The notes beneath the pieces were generated by a model that was given only the letters and a program-made list of their open reading frames with translations, made no database searches and had not been told where the DNA came from. This document shows, piece after piece, positions 28,176 through 37,376 of a stretch of DNA of 64,000 nt. The stretch comes from an uncultured Gammaproteobacteria bacterium (GTDB lineage Bacteria; Patescibacteriota; Microgenomatia; Daviesbacterales; UBA10151), in assembly GCA_964392925.1 (NCBI GenBank), contig CAYMRP010000004.1:71184-135183 (forward strand). Direction: 5' to 3'. Made by a program: the position numbers and the translations under genes. Every line of letters starts with the position of its first letter. The stretch's first letter is position 1.

Positions 28176-29186
28176 ATGATCAAAAAAGTATTAATAGTCT
28201 CAGCTATAACAATAGTCATATTCTTGTTATTCTCCTACTTCAACTCAAAAATTGAAGAATATCATAAAGAATCTGCTCTAAAAAGAATTCATCTGTGGGA
28301 TTTTCGTTCGGTTGATACTGTAAAATATTCAAGAGATCTCGCACGCGAAATGATGGAGGATCAAGAATTCGATACCATTATTAGTAAACAAGTTAGTGAC
28401 ATAGCATTGCTAGGAGCTTCACATATTGCCATAAGTACTCCATACGATGCCGAATTCCTACCTTTCCTGAAAAGATGGGTTACCGTTGCAAGAGAGAAGA
28501 ATCTTAAAGTCTGGTTTAGAGGTAATTTTTCAGGCTGGGAAAATTGGTTTGGCTACGAAAGAATGACCAGAGAAGAACATAAAATATTACTCAAAGAGTT
28601 TATTGAAAATAATCCTGGTCTATTTGAAGATGGAGACATTTTTACCTCATGTCCTGAATGCGAGAACGGTGGACCAGGGGACCCGAGGCATAATGGTGAT
28701 GTAATAGGACATCGTAAATTCCTAATTGATGAATACAATATTTCTAAAGAATCATTTGCCAATATTGATAAGCAAGTTCAGCCTGGTTTTTATTCTATGA
28801 ATTATGATGTCGCAACTCTAGTTATGGATGAGGATACAACAAATAAGCTCGGAAACTTAGTAGTTATTGATCATTACATCAAAGATCCTGAAAAACTTGC
28901 CAAAGACGCAAGAAAGATAGCTGAGAAATCAAAAGGTGAAGTTGTTCTGGGTGAATTTGGTGCACCGATTCCTGACATACATGGAGCAATGACAGATAAG
29001 GCACAGGCTGACTGGATTAACCAAGCTTTGCAAGAAGTGAGTCTTGTTGAAGAAGTAACTGGTGTAAATTACTGGACTAATGTTGGAGGTTCTACCGAAT
29101 TGTGGAATTCAGGAGGTACTCCCAAAGCAGCTGTAGATATGATAAGAGAATATTATAAAAAAACAAAACTAATATCTCCACGTTGA
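28176..29186 (+). CDS. Membrane-anchored putative glycoside hydrolase (TIM-barrel, GH5/GH26-like)
   Basis: N-terminal TM helix. VLGEFGAPI carries a GEFG nucleophile-type motif. Aromatic-rich WFRGNFSGWENWFGYE strand. Confidence 0.3.
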   Translation: MIKKVLIVSAITIVIFLLFSYFNSKIEEYHKESALKRIHLWDFRSVDTVKYSRDLAREMMEDQEFDTIISKQVSDIALLGASHIAISTPYDAEFLPFLKRWVTVAREKNLKVWFRGNFSGWENWFGYERMTREEHKILLKEFIENNPGLFEDGDIFTSCPECENGGPGDPRHNGDVIGHRKFLIDEYNISKESFANIDKQVQPGFYSMNYDVATLVMDEDTTNKLGNLVVIDHYIKDPEKLAKDARKIAEKSKGEVVLGEFGAPIPDIHGAMTDKAQADWINQALQEVSLVEEVTGVNYWTNVGGSTELWNSGGTPKAAVDMIREYYKKTKLISPR

Positions 29187-29266
29187 TTTAAACCCATAGT
29201 CGTGATACAATAACCCATAATGTTTTTTATTATGATAAAAAACATGCGAAATTTTTAATAAAACTT

Positions 29267-29905
29267 ATGAAGATAGTGTTCGTTATTTTTCTCGTTATTT
29301 TCAGCCTATTAATTAATTCAGGTCAAGCTCTCGCGTACGAAATACCTACCTTTACCTCCTGTGTTAACCCTCAAGGAGATCTCAAAGCTAACTATGAAAC
29401 TGGTACTCACGGAATTGCTGGCCGTCCAGGATTATTTGAAGGAAAAGACACCGTCTATGCAGTCGCGAGTAACGCCATTACTCAATGCTTTTGCCCAACC
29501 GATGGTAATGGTGTTCAGACAAATTTCTGGAAAATACCCGCTTTGACTCAATCTAAAATTAGTGTTCTTGAGGCTCAGGGTTGGATTTATATTCCCAACG
29601 GAGCATTGTGGGGATTAGAAAACGCTCCGTACCTAGCAAAAAATTCAGACTATAGCTGTAAATCATCAGGTGGAAGTAACGATAGTTCAGGTAGTTCTGG
29701 AGGTAGTAATGGATCTGGATCATCAGGCAGTAATTCTGGAGCTGGGGGCTCCTCATCTCTTTCAGTATCGGGCGGAGTAGGGCAGGTTTTAGGTCTCGCC
29801 TCAACCGGAAATACAATTTTTGTCTTAGGCACTGCTCTAACTTCAGGAATATCCCTGCTTCTGGGCCTTATTCTAAAAAGAAGAACAACAAATTTATCCA
29901 AGTAA
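29267..29905 (+). CDS. Secreted Gly/Ser-rich surface protein with a C-terminal LAXTG-type cell-wall sorting signal (putative sortase substrate)
   Basis: Signal peptide MKIVFVIFLVIFSLLINSGQALA. C-terminus ...LASTGN + hydrophobic TIFVLGTALTSGISLLLGLIL + KRRTT tail. Confidence 0.55.
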   Translation: MKIVFVIFLVIFSLLINSGQALAYEIPTFTSCVNPQGDLKANYETGTHGIAGRPGLFEGKDTVYAVASNAITQCFCPTDGNGVQTNFWKIPALTQSKISVLEAQGWIYIPNGALWGLENAPYLAKNSDYSCKSSGGSNDSSGSSGGSNGSGSSGSNSGAGGSSSLSVSGGVGQVLGLASTGNTIFVLGTALTSGISLLLGLILKRRTTNLSK

Positions 29906-29906
29906 A

Positions 29907-30485
29907 ATGGCAAAATATAATGAGGGTACAAAACTAACTCAGTCTGTTTTTTTAGGTAACCTATTACTTATTTTTGGTCTAATAAGTTTTATAGCCTTCA
30001 GCTACCTGATATTCCAAAGATATAATCCTCAAAACTTAGCTTTTGATTTACCTGAAGCAATCGCCGTCTCTGATAATGAAAATTCTGAACTTCAGCCTAT
30101 TGGTTTAAGAATAAATTCTATAGATTTAGCTCTCTCAATTACTCCTGCGGAAATTAAAAATAATAATTGGCAGGCTTTTCCTAACGCAATTTCCTATCTT
30201 AAAACTACGGTTGTTCCAGGAGCCAAAGGTAATAGCGTTCTGTATGGTCATAACTGGCCAAATCTATTAGGTGATCTAAAAAAAGTAAAACCCGGCGACA
30301 ATATTAATATAATTTACTCAGACAACTCATCAAAAGATTTTGAAATCGAATTTATAACAAAAGTACTTCCTTCCGAAACCTCTATCCTTAAAGATTCACC
30401 AGACAATAGGGTAACTCTTTACACCTGTACCGGATTTCTCGACTCAGAAAGACTAGTGGTTATCGCAAAACTTCTTAATTCTTAA
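29907..30485 (+). CDS. Sortase (transpeptidase), membrane-anchored
   Basis: N-terminal TM helix. His in SVLYGHNWPNLLG, catalytic Cys in RVTLYTCTGF (TLxTC), and the conserved Arg in RLVVIA. Confidence 0.8.
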   Translation: MAKYNEGTKLTQSVFLGNLLLIFGLISFIAFSYLIFQRYNPQNLAFDLPEAIAVSDNENSELQPIGLRINSIDLALSITPAEIKNNNWQAFPNAISYLKTTVVPGAKGNSVLYGHNWPNLLGDLKKVKPGDNINIIYSDNSSKDFEIEFITKVLPSETSILKDSPDNRVTLYTCTGFLDSERLVVIAKLLNS

Positions 30486-30732
30486 TTAGTCCTGTTAGAA
30501 TAGCTCTGTGGCCAAAGCAATAATTAGATTTATCAAAAATGACACAGTTTTTTGGCTATTCTTTATAGTCCTTTGTTTTATTATGCTGACATTTATTATG
30601 AAGAAAGAGGATATAAAAGTAACTATAACTTTGAGTGAGCCTTACGATAATAAAGTGATCACATTATTTGGTCGTTGACTGTGACTGGTCCGCTTGCCAA
30701 AAAAGAATGATAGTGGTATAAAACCTGTTGGG

Positions 30733-31389
30733 ATGAGTGAGAAGTCGTTTACAGTAATTTTCATAGCTATAACAATTGTTGCCGTTATTGGAATAATTGC
30801 GACCCGGTTAATAAGTTCTACTTCACCGGCTCCTTCTCCGTCTGCGGCTTCAGAACCGCAGCCAACCCAGCCAGTGCAGGAAGAAGCTACTCAAGCCGCC
30901 AATGTTATGAATGATAAAAAATCTTACACCCAAGCCCCAACCCCAATGCCTGCAGCTCAGTTAAAAAATAAAAAAGCTGTCATTGAAACCACCAAAGGCA
31001 ATATTGAGTTTGAAATTTATCCTGAAGCCTCTCAGGCCGCGACTAACTTCATCTTCCTTGCTAATGAAGGATTCTATGACAATTTAACTTTCCATCGTGT
31101 CGTTCCCGGCTTTGTTATTCAAGGCGGAGATCCTCTAGGTAATGGGACAGGCGGTCCAGGCTACCGATTTAATGACGAACCCGTTAAGCGCAAATATGAT
31201 AAAGGTATAGTCGCTATGGCTAATTCAGGTCCGAACACAAATGGTTCTCAGTTCTTCATCATGCTTGATAATAATCCTGATTTACCTGCTAAATATACTA
31301 TTTTTGGCAAAGTTACTAAAGGTCAGGACATAGTAGATGAAATAGCTGTCGGGGATGTCATGACTAAAGTTACAATTTCTCCAAAATAA
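30733..31389 (+). CDS. Peptidyl-prolyl cis-trans isomerase, cyclophilin type, membrane-anchored
   Basis: FHRVVPGFVIQGGDPLGNGTGGPGY and MANSGPNTNGSQFF cyclophilin signatures. The tracked start at 30694 is a TTG; the ATG at 30733 is more likely. Confidence 0.8.
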   Translation: MSEKSFTVIFIAITIVAVIGIIATRLISSTSPAPSPSAASEPQPTQPVQEEATQAANVMNDKKSYTQAPTPMPAAQLKNKKAVIETTKGNIEFEIYPEASQAATNFIFLANEGFYDNLTFHRVVPGFVIQGGDPLGNGTGGPGYRFNDEPVKRKYDKGIVAMANSGPNTNGSQFFIMLDNNPDLPAKYTIFGKVTKGQDIVDEIAVGDVMTKVTISPK

Positions 31390-31615
31390 TTTCTCTCTTT
31401 CTTAAATCCAGTTTATGTAAATGAAGATTAATTAAGTGTGGCTGGGGTATTTAGTGCGCTGATACTGAAGCTGCAATCGAAAAAACAAAAAAAGTAAAAA
31501 CAATTGCTATTAATATAAGTGCTTGAATCCGCATCTATCTTTAAAACTACCACACACGCTCATTAGAGTCAAAGCTTTATAGATCTTAACTCCTGATTCT
31601 TGATACACTAATCAA

Positions 31616-32194
31616 ATGACCGGCAGAACTCACGACCTAGCAGCCTTTACCGCTTTATCATATGTGATCGCCACTCAGCCTCTTCCAGAGCACATCTCTT
31701 TGGCCACCGGTATTGTTGCTATCTCCGCCAATTTTATCGGCGGACTGGCACCTGATATTGACCAATCAACAGCTACTCTTTGGGGCAGGCTTAGAGGTGG
31801 TTCGGTATGGGGTAGAATATTCGCTCCTCTTTTTGGAGGCCATCGGTTCATCTCTCACTCCTTAATAGGTATCGCTTTATTTGGTATTGGCTCAAAGTTA
31901 ATTCTTCAGGCAATGAGCTCTGTTTTGATAGTTGATATGGATATAGTTTGGTGGGCTTTTATGATTGGTTTTGTCTCGCACCTCTTAATGGATACTATCA
32001 CCCGTGACGGCGTTCCTTGGCTTTTTCCAATCCCAATTCGCTTCGGCGTACCTCCACTCAGATTTCTTAGATTAAAAACCGGTGGTCTATTAGAAAAATC
32101 ATTTATTTTCCCCTCACTTATCCTGATAAATATCTGGATTTACTATCGTTACTACGATCGTTTCTTAGAAATTCTCCGGAATTACATAAAATAA
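31616..32194 (+). CDS. Membrane-bound metal-dependent hydrolase-like protein (YdjM/DUF457-like)
   Basis: MTGRTHDLAAF N-terminus, 4-5 TM helices, conserved His/Asp residues, ~190 aa. Confidence 0.4.
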   Translation: MTGRTHDLAAFTALSYVIATQPLPEHISLATGIVAISANFIGGLAPDIDQSTATLWGRLRGGSVWGRIFAPLFGGHRFISHSLIGIALFGIGSKLILQAMSSVLIVDMDIVWWAFMIGFVSHLLMDTITRDGVPWLFPIPIRFGVPPLRFLRLKTGGLLEKSFIFPSLILINIWIYYRYYDRFLEILRNYIK

Positions 32195-32339
32195 AGTCCT
32201 AGCTGAGCTTGCAAGTTATATTTTAGGCTAGTCTAATACAACATCTAGTGTATTGACAGTTACCTAAGACAATATGTTAATCTTATTTTTACATTAATAC
32301 ATGTTGAGTCTTCAAGACCAATGAGGTACAATATGTTGT

Positions 32340-32792
32340 ATGTATTGCCCATTTTGCAGATCCTTACAGAGCAGTGTTATCGATAAAAGATCGGTAAAAG
32401 GCACTGGTGAAATTAGACGTAGAAGAGAGTGCCTGAAATGTAAAAGACGCTACACTACCTACGAACGGGCAAGCGCAGTCGAGTTATTAGTTATCAAGCG
32501 GGACGGTAGAAGACAGCCTTTTGATATTGAAAAACTCAGAATGGGACTTGAAAGATGTCTGGAAAAGCGTCCGGCTTATCAGAATCTAGATGTCATCCTG
32601 GCTAAACTTGAGCGTAAAATCCGCTCTAAGGAAGTAGCTGAGATTGACAGCAAGGTTATCGGTCGGGAAGTACTCGGAGAACTTAAAAAGCTGGACCAAA
32701 TAGCTTATTTAAGATTTGTTTCCGTTTACAGACAATTTAAGCAGGCCAGCGATTTTACAAAAGAACTCGCAAACCTGAAGCTAGAAGAGTAG
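32340..32792 (+). CDS. nrdR: Transcriptional repressor NrdR
   Basis: MYCPFC...CLKCKRRYTTYER zinc ribbon plus an ATP-cone, 150 aa. Sits directly upstream of the RNR gene. Confidence 0.85.
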   Translation: MYCPFCRSLQSSVIDKRSVKGTGEIRRRRECLKCKRRYTTYERASAVELLVIKRDGRRQPFDIEKLRMGLERCLEKRPAYQNLDVILAKLERKIRSKEVAEIDSKVIGREVLGELKKLDQIAYLRFVSVYRQFKQASDFTKELANLKLEE

Positions 32793-32859
32793 AGTTCGTT
32801 GAAAGCTTCGCTTCCAAAAGAACTTGCCAACTTAAAATTAGAAGAATACTAAAAATAAA

Positions 32860-35379
32860 ATGAAAAAACAAAATCAAAACAAAGCAGTCGCTCTACAAAT
32901 TCAAATCCCAGCAGATAACGCCAAAAAAGCCGAAATCAAAGATGTAAACAGAGCCTTTGATGAAGGAATACTTCCAAAAATCCGGACCAAAACTGAATTA
33001 GATGGTATCCGTCAAAAAGTCTTTATGGATCGCTACTCGCTTAAAGACGTTAACGGTGAACCAACCGAATTTATTCCAGAAGAAATGTGGCAAAGAGTCG
33101 CCGCTGGAATTGCTCAAATGGAAAAAACCCATCCTTTAAGAAAACATTGGGCAAAAGAGTTTTATTCTGCCATGGAAGGATTTAAATTCGTTCCAGCCGG
33201 CCGTATTCTCTCCGGTGCCGGCACGGGCTACGAAGTCACGTTCTTCAATTGCTATGTTATCCCTTCTCCCAAAGATTCAAGACAGGGCATCATGGAAAAC
33301 ATCACTCACACCGTAGAGATTCAGGCAAGAGGTGGAGGAGTTGGAATCAATCTTTCATCTTTAAGACCTCACGGTGCTCGTGTTAAAAAAGTTAACGGCA
33401 CATCCTCAGGACCAGTCTCTTGGGCAAAATTATATTCAGCCGCCAATCACGACGTTATTCAGCAGGGTGGTTCAAGACGCGGCGCTCTAATGCTCATGCT
33501 TCACGACTGGCATCCAGATGTTATTGAATTCATTCACGCCAAAGAAGATGGGGTTTCAATTCCCGGAGCTAATCTCTCAGTCTGTGTTTCTGATAAATTT
33601 ATGGAAGCCGTTCAAAAAGATGAAGAATGGGTAACTGTTTTTCCCGATGTTTCTGACCCTGAATATGATGAAAAATGGGATGGTGTTTTAGAAAATTGGA
33701 CAGAAATGGGTAAGCCAGTTATTGAATACACCAGAATGCCAGCTCGGGAAATTTGGGATCAAATCTGCACTTCAGCCTGGAAGTCCGCTGAGCCAGGTCT
33801 TCACTTCCTTGAGCGAAGCAATAAATGGGGAAATACTTGGTATTTTGAAAAATTACTCTCCACCAATCCTTGCGGTGAACAGCCTTTAGGTGAATGGGCA
33901 GTTTGTAACTTAGGCGCTATGAATCTCTCGGCTTTTGTTAATGATGAAGGGGTGTTCGATTATGACGATCTCGATGCTAAAGTCAGAGTCGCTATGAGAT
34001 TTATGGATAACGTTGTTGATGCCAACTATTATTTCTGGGAAGAGAACGAGAAAAAAGCTAAAGATATTAGAAGAACCGGCATCGGCACAATGGGCTTAGG
34101 TGATGCCTTAATCAAGATGAAACTTGCCTACGGTTCCGAAGATGCTCAACCAGTCATCGAAAAAATATATAAAACAATTAGAGATGCCTCTTATGACACA
34201 TCTTCTGACTTAGCCGCTGAAAAAGGCTCCTTCCCGATGTTTGACTCGGAAAAATATTTACAGGGCCATTTTATTAAACAGCTGCCTCAGCCAATCAGAA
34301 GCAAAATCCAAAATCAGGGCATTAGAAACGCTGTTATTTTAACTCAGGCTCCAACCGGAACTACCTCACTTCTAGCCGGTGTTTCCTCAGGAATCGAACC
34401 AGTTTTTGATTTCAAATTCACCAGAAAAGATCGAATAGGCGAGCACGTTATTTATCATCCGCTATACGAAGCCTGGATGAAGCAAAATCCTGGAGCTGAT
34501 CGCCCTCACTATTTCGTCGGCGCAAATGACATGAGTCCTATGGATCACGTTAAAGTCCAGGCTTTAATCCAGGGATACACTGATTCCTCGATTTCCAAAA
34601 CAGCCAACGCTCCTTTTGAATTCACAGTCGACCAGGTTAAAGAGCTTTATATGGAAGCATATAAATTAGGCTGCAAAGGGGTAACTTTCTTCAGAGACGG
34701 CTCAAGAACTGCCGTCTTAACTCATGGTGATGATAAAAAAACTGAGGTAGCCAAAGTAGAAATGAATTCTGCGACCACACAAGATACTGTCGTTTCTCGC
34801 CCAATGATCTTAAGAGGACGCACCTATAAAATGCAGACTCCAGTTGGAGAAGGTTTTATTACTATCAATCGTGATGAGCAAGATAATCCTTTTGAAGTCT
34901 TCATTACTGTTGGTAAAGGCGGAATGCACACAATGGCTGATGCTGAAGCAATGGGCCGTTTAGTTTCTCTATCCTTAAGACTCGCCAGAAGTGCTTCAAA
35001 CGCTGATCCTAAAACAGTTGCCCAAAAAATCTCGGCCCAACTCCGGGGAATTGGCGGCGCTTCCCACGTTGGATTCGGCAAAGATCGTGTTATGTCCTTA
35101 GCTGACGCTATTGCTAAAGCTTTAGCTGAAGATTTAGCAATAACCGCTGAAAATCCATCAGAAAAAATTGAAACTGTCCCTCTTAATTTAACAATGGAAA
35201 CAGAAACCGCTTCCCCAGTCGAAAATACTGGTGCAGATGATGTTATCACTTCTCAAATGCCGTTAATAACGGAATCTACTCAAAAAACCGCCGATCTTTG
35301 TCCGGAATGCGGACAGGCGAGTTTTGTATTCGAAGAGGGGTGCAAAAAATGCTACTCCTGCGGATACTCAATGTGTTAG
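32860..35379 (+). CDS. nrdJ: Ribonucleotide reductase, class II (adenosylcobalamin-dependent)
   Basis: NPCGEQPL thiyl-radical motif, ~840 aa, no adjacent NrdB. C-terminal CPECG...CKKCYSCGYSMC Cys cluster. cobO lies downstream. Confidence 0.75.
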   Translation: MKKQNQNKAVALQIQIPADNAKKAEIKDVNRAFDEGILPKIRTKTELDGIRQKVFMDRYSLKDVNGEPTEFIPEEMWQRVAAGIAQMEKTHPLRKHWAKEFYSAMEGFKFVPAGRILSGAGTGYEVTFFNCYVIPSPKDSRQGIMENITHTVEIQARGGGVGINLSSLRPHGARVKKVNGTSSGPVSWAKLYSAANHDVIQQGGSRRGALMLMLHDWHPDVIEFIHAKEDGVSIPGANLSVCVSDKFMEAVQKDEEWVTVFPDVSDPEYDEKWDGVLENWTEMGKPVIEYTRMPAREIWDQICTSAWKSAEPGLHFLERSNKWGNTWYFEKLLSTNPCGEQPLGEWAVCNLGAMNLSAFVNDEGVFDYDDLDAKVRVAMRFMDNVVDANYYFWEENEKKAKDIRRTGIGTMGLGDALIKMKLAYGSEDAQPVIEKIYKTIRDASYDTSSDLAAEKGSFPMFDSEKYLQGHFIKQLPQPIRSKIQNQGIRNAVILTQAPTGTTSLLAGVSSGIEPVFDFKFTRKDRIGEHVIYHPLYEAWMKQNPGADRPHYFVGANDMSPMDHVKVQALIQGYTDSSISKTANAPFEFTVDQVKELYMEAYKLGCKGVTFFRDGSRTAVLTHGDDKKTEVAKVEMNSATTQDTVVSRPMILRGRTYKMQTPVGEGFITINRDEQDNPFEVFITVGKGGMHTMADAEAMGRLVSLSLRLARSASNADPKTVAQKISAQLRGIGGASHVGFGKDRVMSLADAIAKALAEDLAITAENPSEKIETVPLNLTMETETASPVENTGADDVITSQMPLITESTQKTADLCPECGQASFVFEEGCKKCYSCGYSMC

Positions 35380-35508
35380 TATCGAAAAAATAAAGAAACT
35401 CCGAAGTTTGTGAAACTCAAACACTGTGCCGCAACCGTAATAGCCGGGTCGAAGGTTTCTTTGAAAGTGAATAAGTCTCACGAGCAATGAGGGTGATATT
35501 GAAAGTTA

Positions 35509-35540
35509 CCTTCTCCAAAAGAGAAGGTTTTTTTATTTTC
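35509..35540 (+). terminator. Rho-independent terminator downstream of nrdJ
   Basis: ccttctc-caaaa-gagaagg followed by ttttttt atttt. Confidence 0.7.
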
Positions 35541-35600
35541 AAGCGAAAGCGAGAAAACAAAGTTTCTTTAACCCCAATTCTCCAAAGACTCCAAAATAAT

Positions 35601-36776
35601 ATGATTCAAGATTTAGAACAATATAGAAATAGGCGTGAAGTAACGAAGGCACCAATAATTAGCGGTGCGAATGCTTTAAAGTTGCAACCGCTTGTTGAAA
35701 TGACACCTCAGCTTAGGGTTGTTACTGAGCTTCCTGCTCCGATTCAAATAGACTCGTTCTTGAAAAGAAAAGTAGAGCCTCTTGCTGAAATCCCTAAAAC
35801 TCCAGAAGTCTTGGCAAGGCAACAGATAATAAATAATACAGCTGAAGCAGAGCCAGAGCGATTTATAGAAAGAGAAATTGACCCAGATAAGCCCTGGAGC
35901 GCCTTTGGACAAGTCATGTTTATAAAAGAGCATATTATTGATGGAAAATCAGTAAAGAAAATCGCTGCGATAAGTATGGCTTATCCAGGTGGGGTAGGAA
36001 CTAGAATGGCAGGGGAAGTGTTGAGTGAAACCGTCGGAATTAACCAATCTGAATTTGTAAGCTGGAAAGGTCAATCTGAAGGGGGGATTATAGCCGCAAG
36101 CAAAGAAGTTCAAAATATTACTGATCAATTTGGACTTATGGACGACTTTATTCAAAACTCCGGTTCAGTAATTAAAAACCGTCATGCTCAAGGTGAGCAC
36201 GAGGTGGTCCAGCACTTCTTCGGCCTGCAAGACACAAGGAAAGAATTTCTAGATACTGTTAAAGAAGATGCAGCTGCAATTTTAGAAAACCCTAATTTCA
36301 CGAGTAGGTCAGCGTTTGATGAGCGTTACAAGGACAAAGGTATTTACTTAATTGAAGGTATAGTGGTCGATGGAGTATGGGAAGGTGGAGATCCTCAGGG
36401 AAAAAGAATGCGTCTTGTTGATATGGCCGCAGATGAAGCACATCTAAAATGGTTGCAATGGGCTGAAAAAACAGCAAGCGAGATGAAAGGTGACGGAGTA
36501 ATTGTTGATGCAGAAGATACTGAGACAGTAACAGACTGCGGTGGAAATAAAGGATGCTCTGAATTCTTTGAAAAAATGGAAGGCAGCACATCTGAACCAA
36601 CCATCGATCTGAGCCGCTACTCTGTATCCACTGGAATAGCAGGCTCTATTGCTGCATCCGCATATTCAAAATCTCAGATTTCTGGAGGCGGAGCTCCAGC
36701 TTATGATAGTGAAAATTGCTCATCCTGCGGCAAAGACCGCTATAAAGAAGATGGCTGCAAATGCTCTACTAATTAA
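35601..36776 (+). CDS. Hypothetical protein with a Cys-rich C-terminus
   Basis: No family recognised. CGGNKGCSEFF and CSSCGKDRYKEDGCKC clusters. The tracked start at 35487 would span the nrdJ terminator hairpin, so the ATG at 35601 is preferred. Confidence 0.4.
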   Translation: MIQDLEQYRNRREVTKAPIISGANALKLQPLVEMTPQLRVVTELPAPIQIDSFLKRKVEPLAEIPKTPEVLARQQIINNTAEAEPERFIEREIDPDKPWSAFGQVMFIKEHIIDGKSVKKIAAISMAYPGGVGTRMAGEVLSETVGINQSEFVSWKGQSEGGIIAASKEVQNITDQFGLMDDFIQNSGSVIKNRHAQGEHEVVQHFFGLQDTRKEFLDTVKEDAAAILENPNFTSRSAFDERYKDKGIYLIEGIVVDGVWEGGDPQGKRMRLVDMAADEAHLKWLQWAEKTASEMKGDGVIVDAEDTETVTDCGGNKGCSEFFEKMEGSTSEPTIDLSRYSVSTGIAGSIAASAYSKSQISGGGAPAYDSENCSSCGKDRYKEDGCKCSTN

Positions 36777-36778
36777 TA

Positions 36779-37333
36779 ATGAAACCCAGCAAAAAATTTA
36801 AAGAAACAAAGCACGGTTTAACAATTATCTACACCGGTGAAGGCAAAGGTAAAACTACTGCCGCCTTAGGTTTGGCTTTACGTGCCGCAGGCTACAAAAG
36901 AAAAGTCTTAATTATCCAATTTGGCAAAACCTGGTTTTCAGGTGAGCTGGAAGGCATCAAAATGTTAAAGCCTTACGTCAAAATTATTCAGGGCGGTTTA
37001 GGTTTCGTTAAAATCTTTGATGACCAATCCGATATAAAAGACCACAAAAAAATGGCTCAGCAAACTTATGACCTATTATATAAGGAAGTTGTATCCGGAA
37101 ATTATGATGTAGTTATAGCAGATGAAATAGTTGGAGCAATTGCTGGAAAAATGGTCACCCAAAAACAAGTTATTCAACTAATAAAAGACAAACCTAAAAC
37201 CCTCGACTTGGTTTTAACCGGCCACCACGGCAAGCCTTCACTATTCAAACACGCCGATTTAGTAACCGAAATGATGCCAATAAAACACCCCTTCGAAAAA
37301 GGCTTCCTAGCTAAACCAGGAGTAGACTACTAA
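36779..37333 (+). CDS. cobO: Cob(I)alamin/corrinoid adenosyltransferase (CobO/BtuR family)
   Basis: IYTGEGKGKTTAALGLALRAAGYKRKVLIIQFGK matches the CobA/CobO P-loop signature. 184 aa. Confidence 0.7.
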   Translation: MKPSKKFKETKHGLTIIYTGEGKGKTTAALGLALRAAGYKRKVLIIQFGKTWFSGELEGIKMLKPYVKIIQGGLGFVKIFDDQSDIKDHKKMAQQTYDLLYKEVVSGNYDVVIADEIVGAIAGKMVTQKQVIQLIKDKPKTLDLVLTGHHGKPSLFKHADLVTEMMPIKHPFEKGFLAKPGVDY

Positions 37334-37376
37334 TTTTTAGTTTGCACAATAAATAACTATAAGATATAATATCATA

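Noticed and set aside
29221-29246. Palindrome considered as a Fur/Zur box.
   Set aside because: It does not match the GATAATGATAATCATTATC or Zur consensus beyond general AT-richness.
29559-29931. Minus-strand ORFs 29559..29816 and 29650..29931 (Pro-rich) antisense to the Gly/Ser-rich sortase substrate.
   Set aside because: These are antisense low-complexity artefacts of the GGN/AGY repeat. The plus-strand gene has a signal peptide and a sorting signal.
32221-32340. Candidate NrdR boxes and a sigma70 promoter upstream of nrdR (acaacatctagtgt; TTGACA at 32254).
   Set aside because: Matches to the 16-bp NrdR palindrome are weak, and no acceptable -10 element sits at the right spacing. Left as unsupported.
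34824-35249. 141-aa minus-strand ORF inside nrdJ, and similar internal ORFs in lon (39938..40285), secA (54223..54417, 55619..55972, 55865..56119), hppA (42810..42998, 43293..43493) and serS (51322..51654).
   Set aside because: All are embedded in highly confident conserved genes and have no motifs.
35487-35600. Upstream extension of the ORF following nrdJ.
   Set aside because: The extension would translate across the nrdJ intrinsic terminator hairpin (35509-35540). The start at ATG 35601 is preferred.
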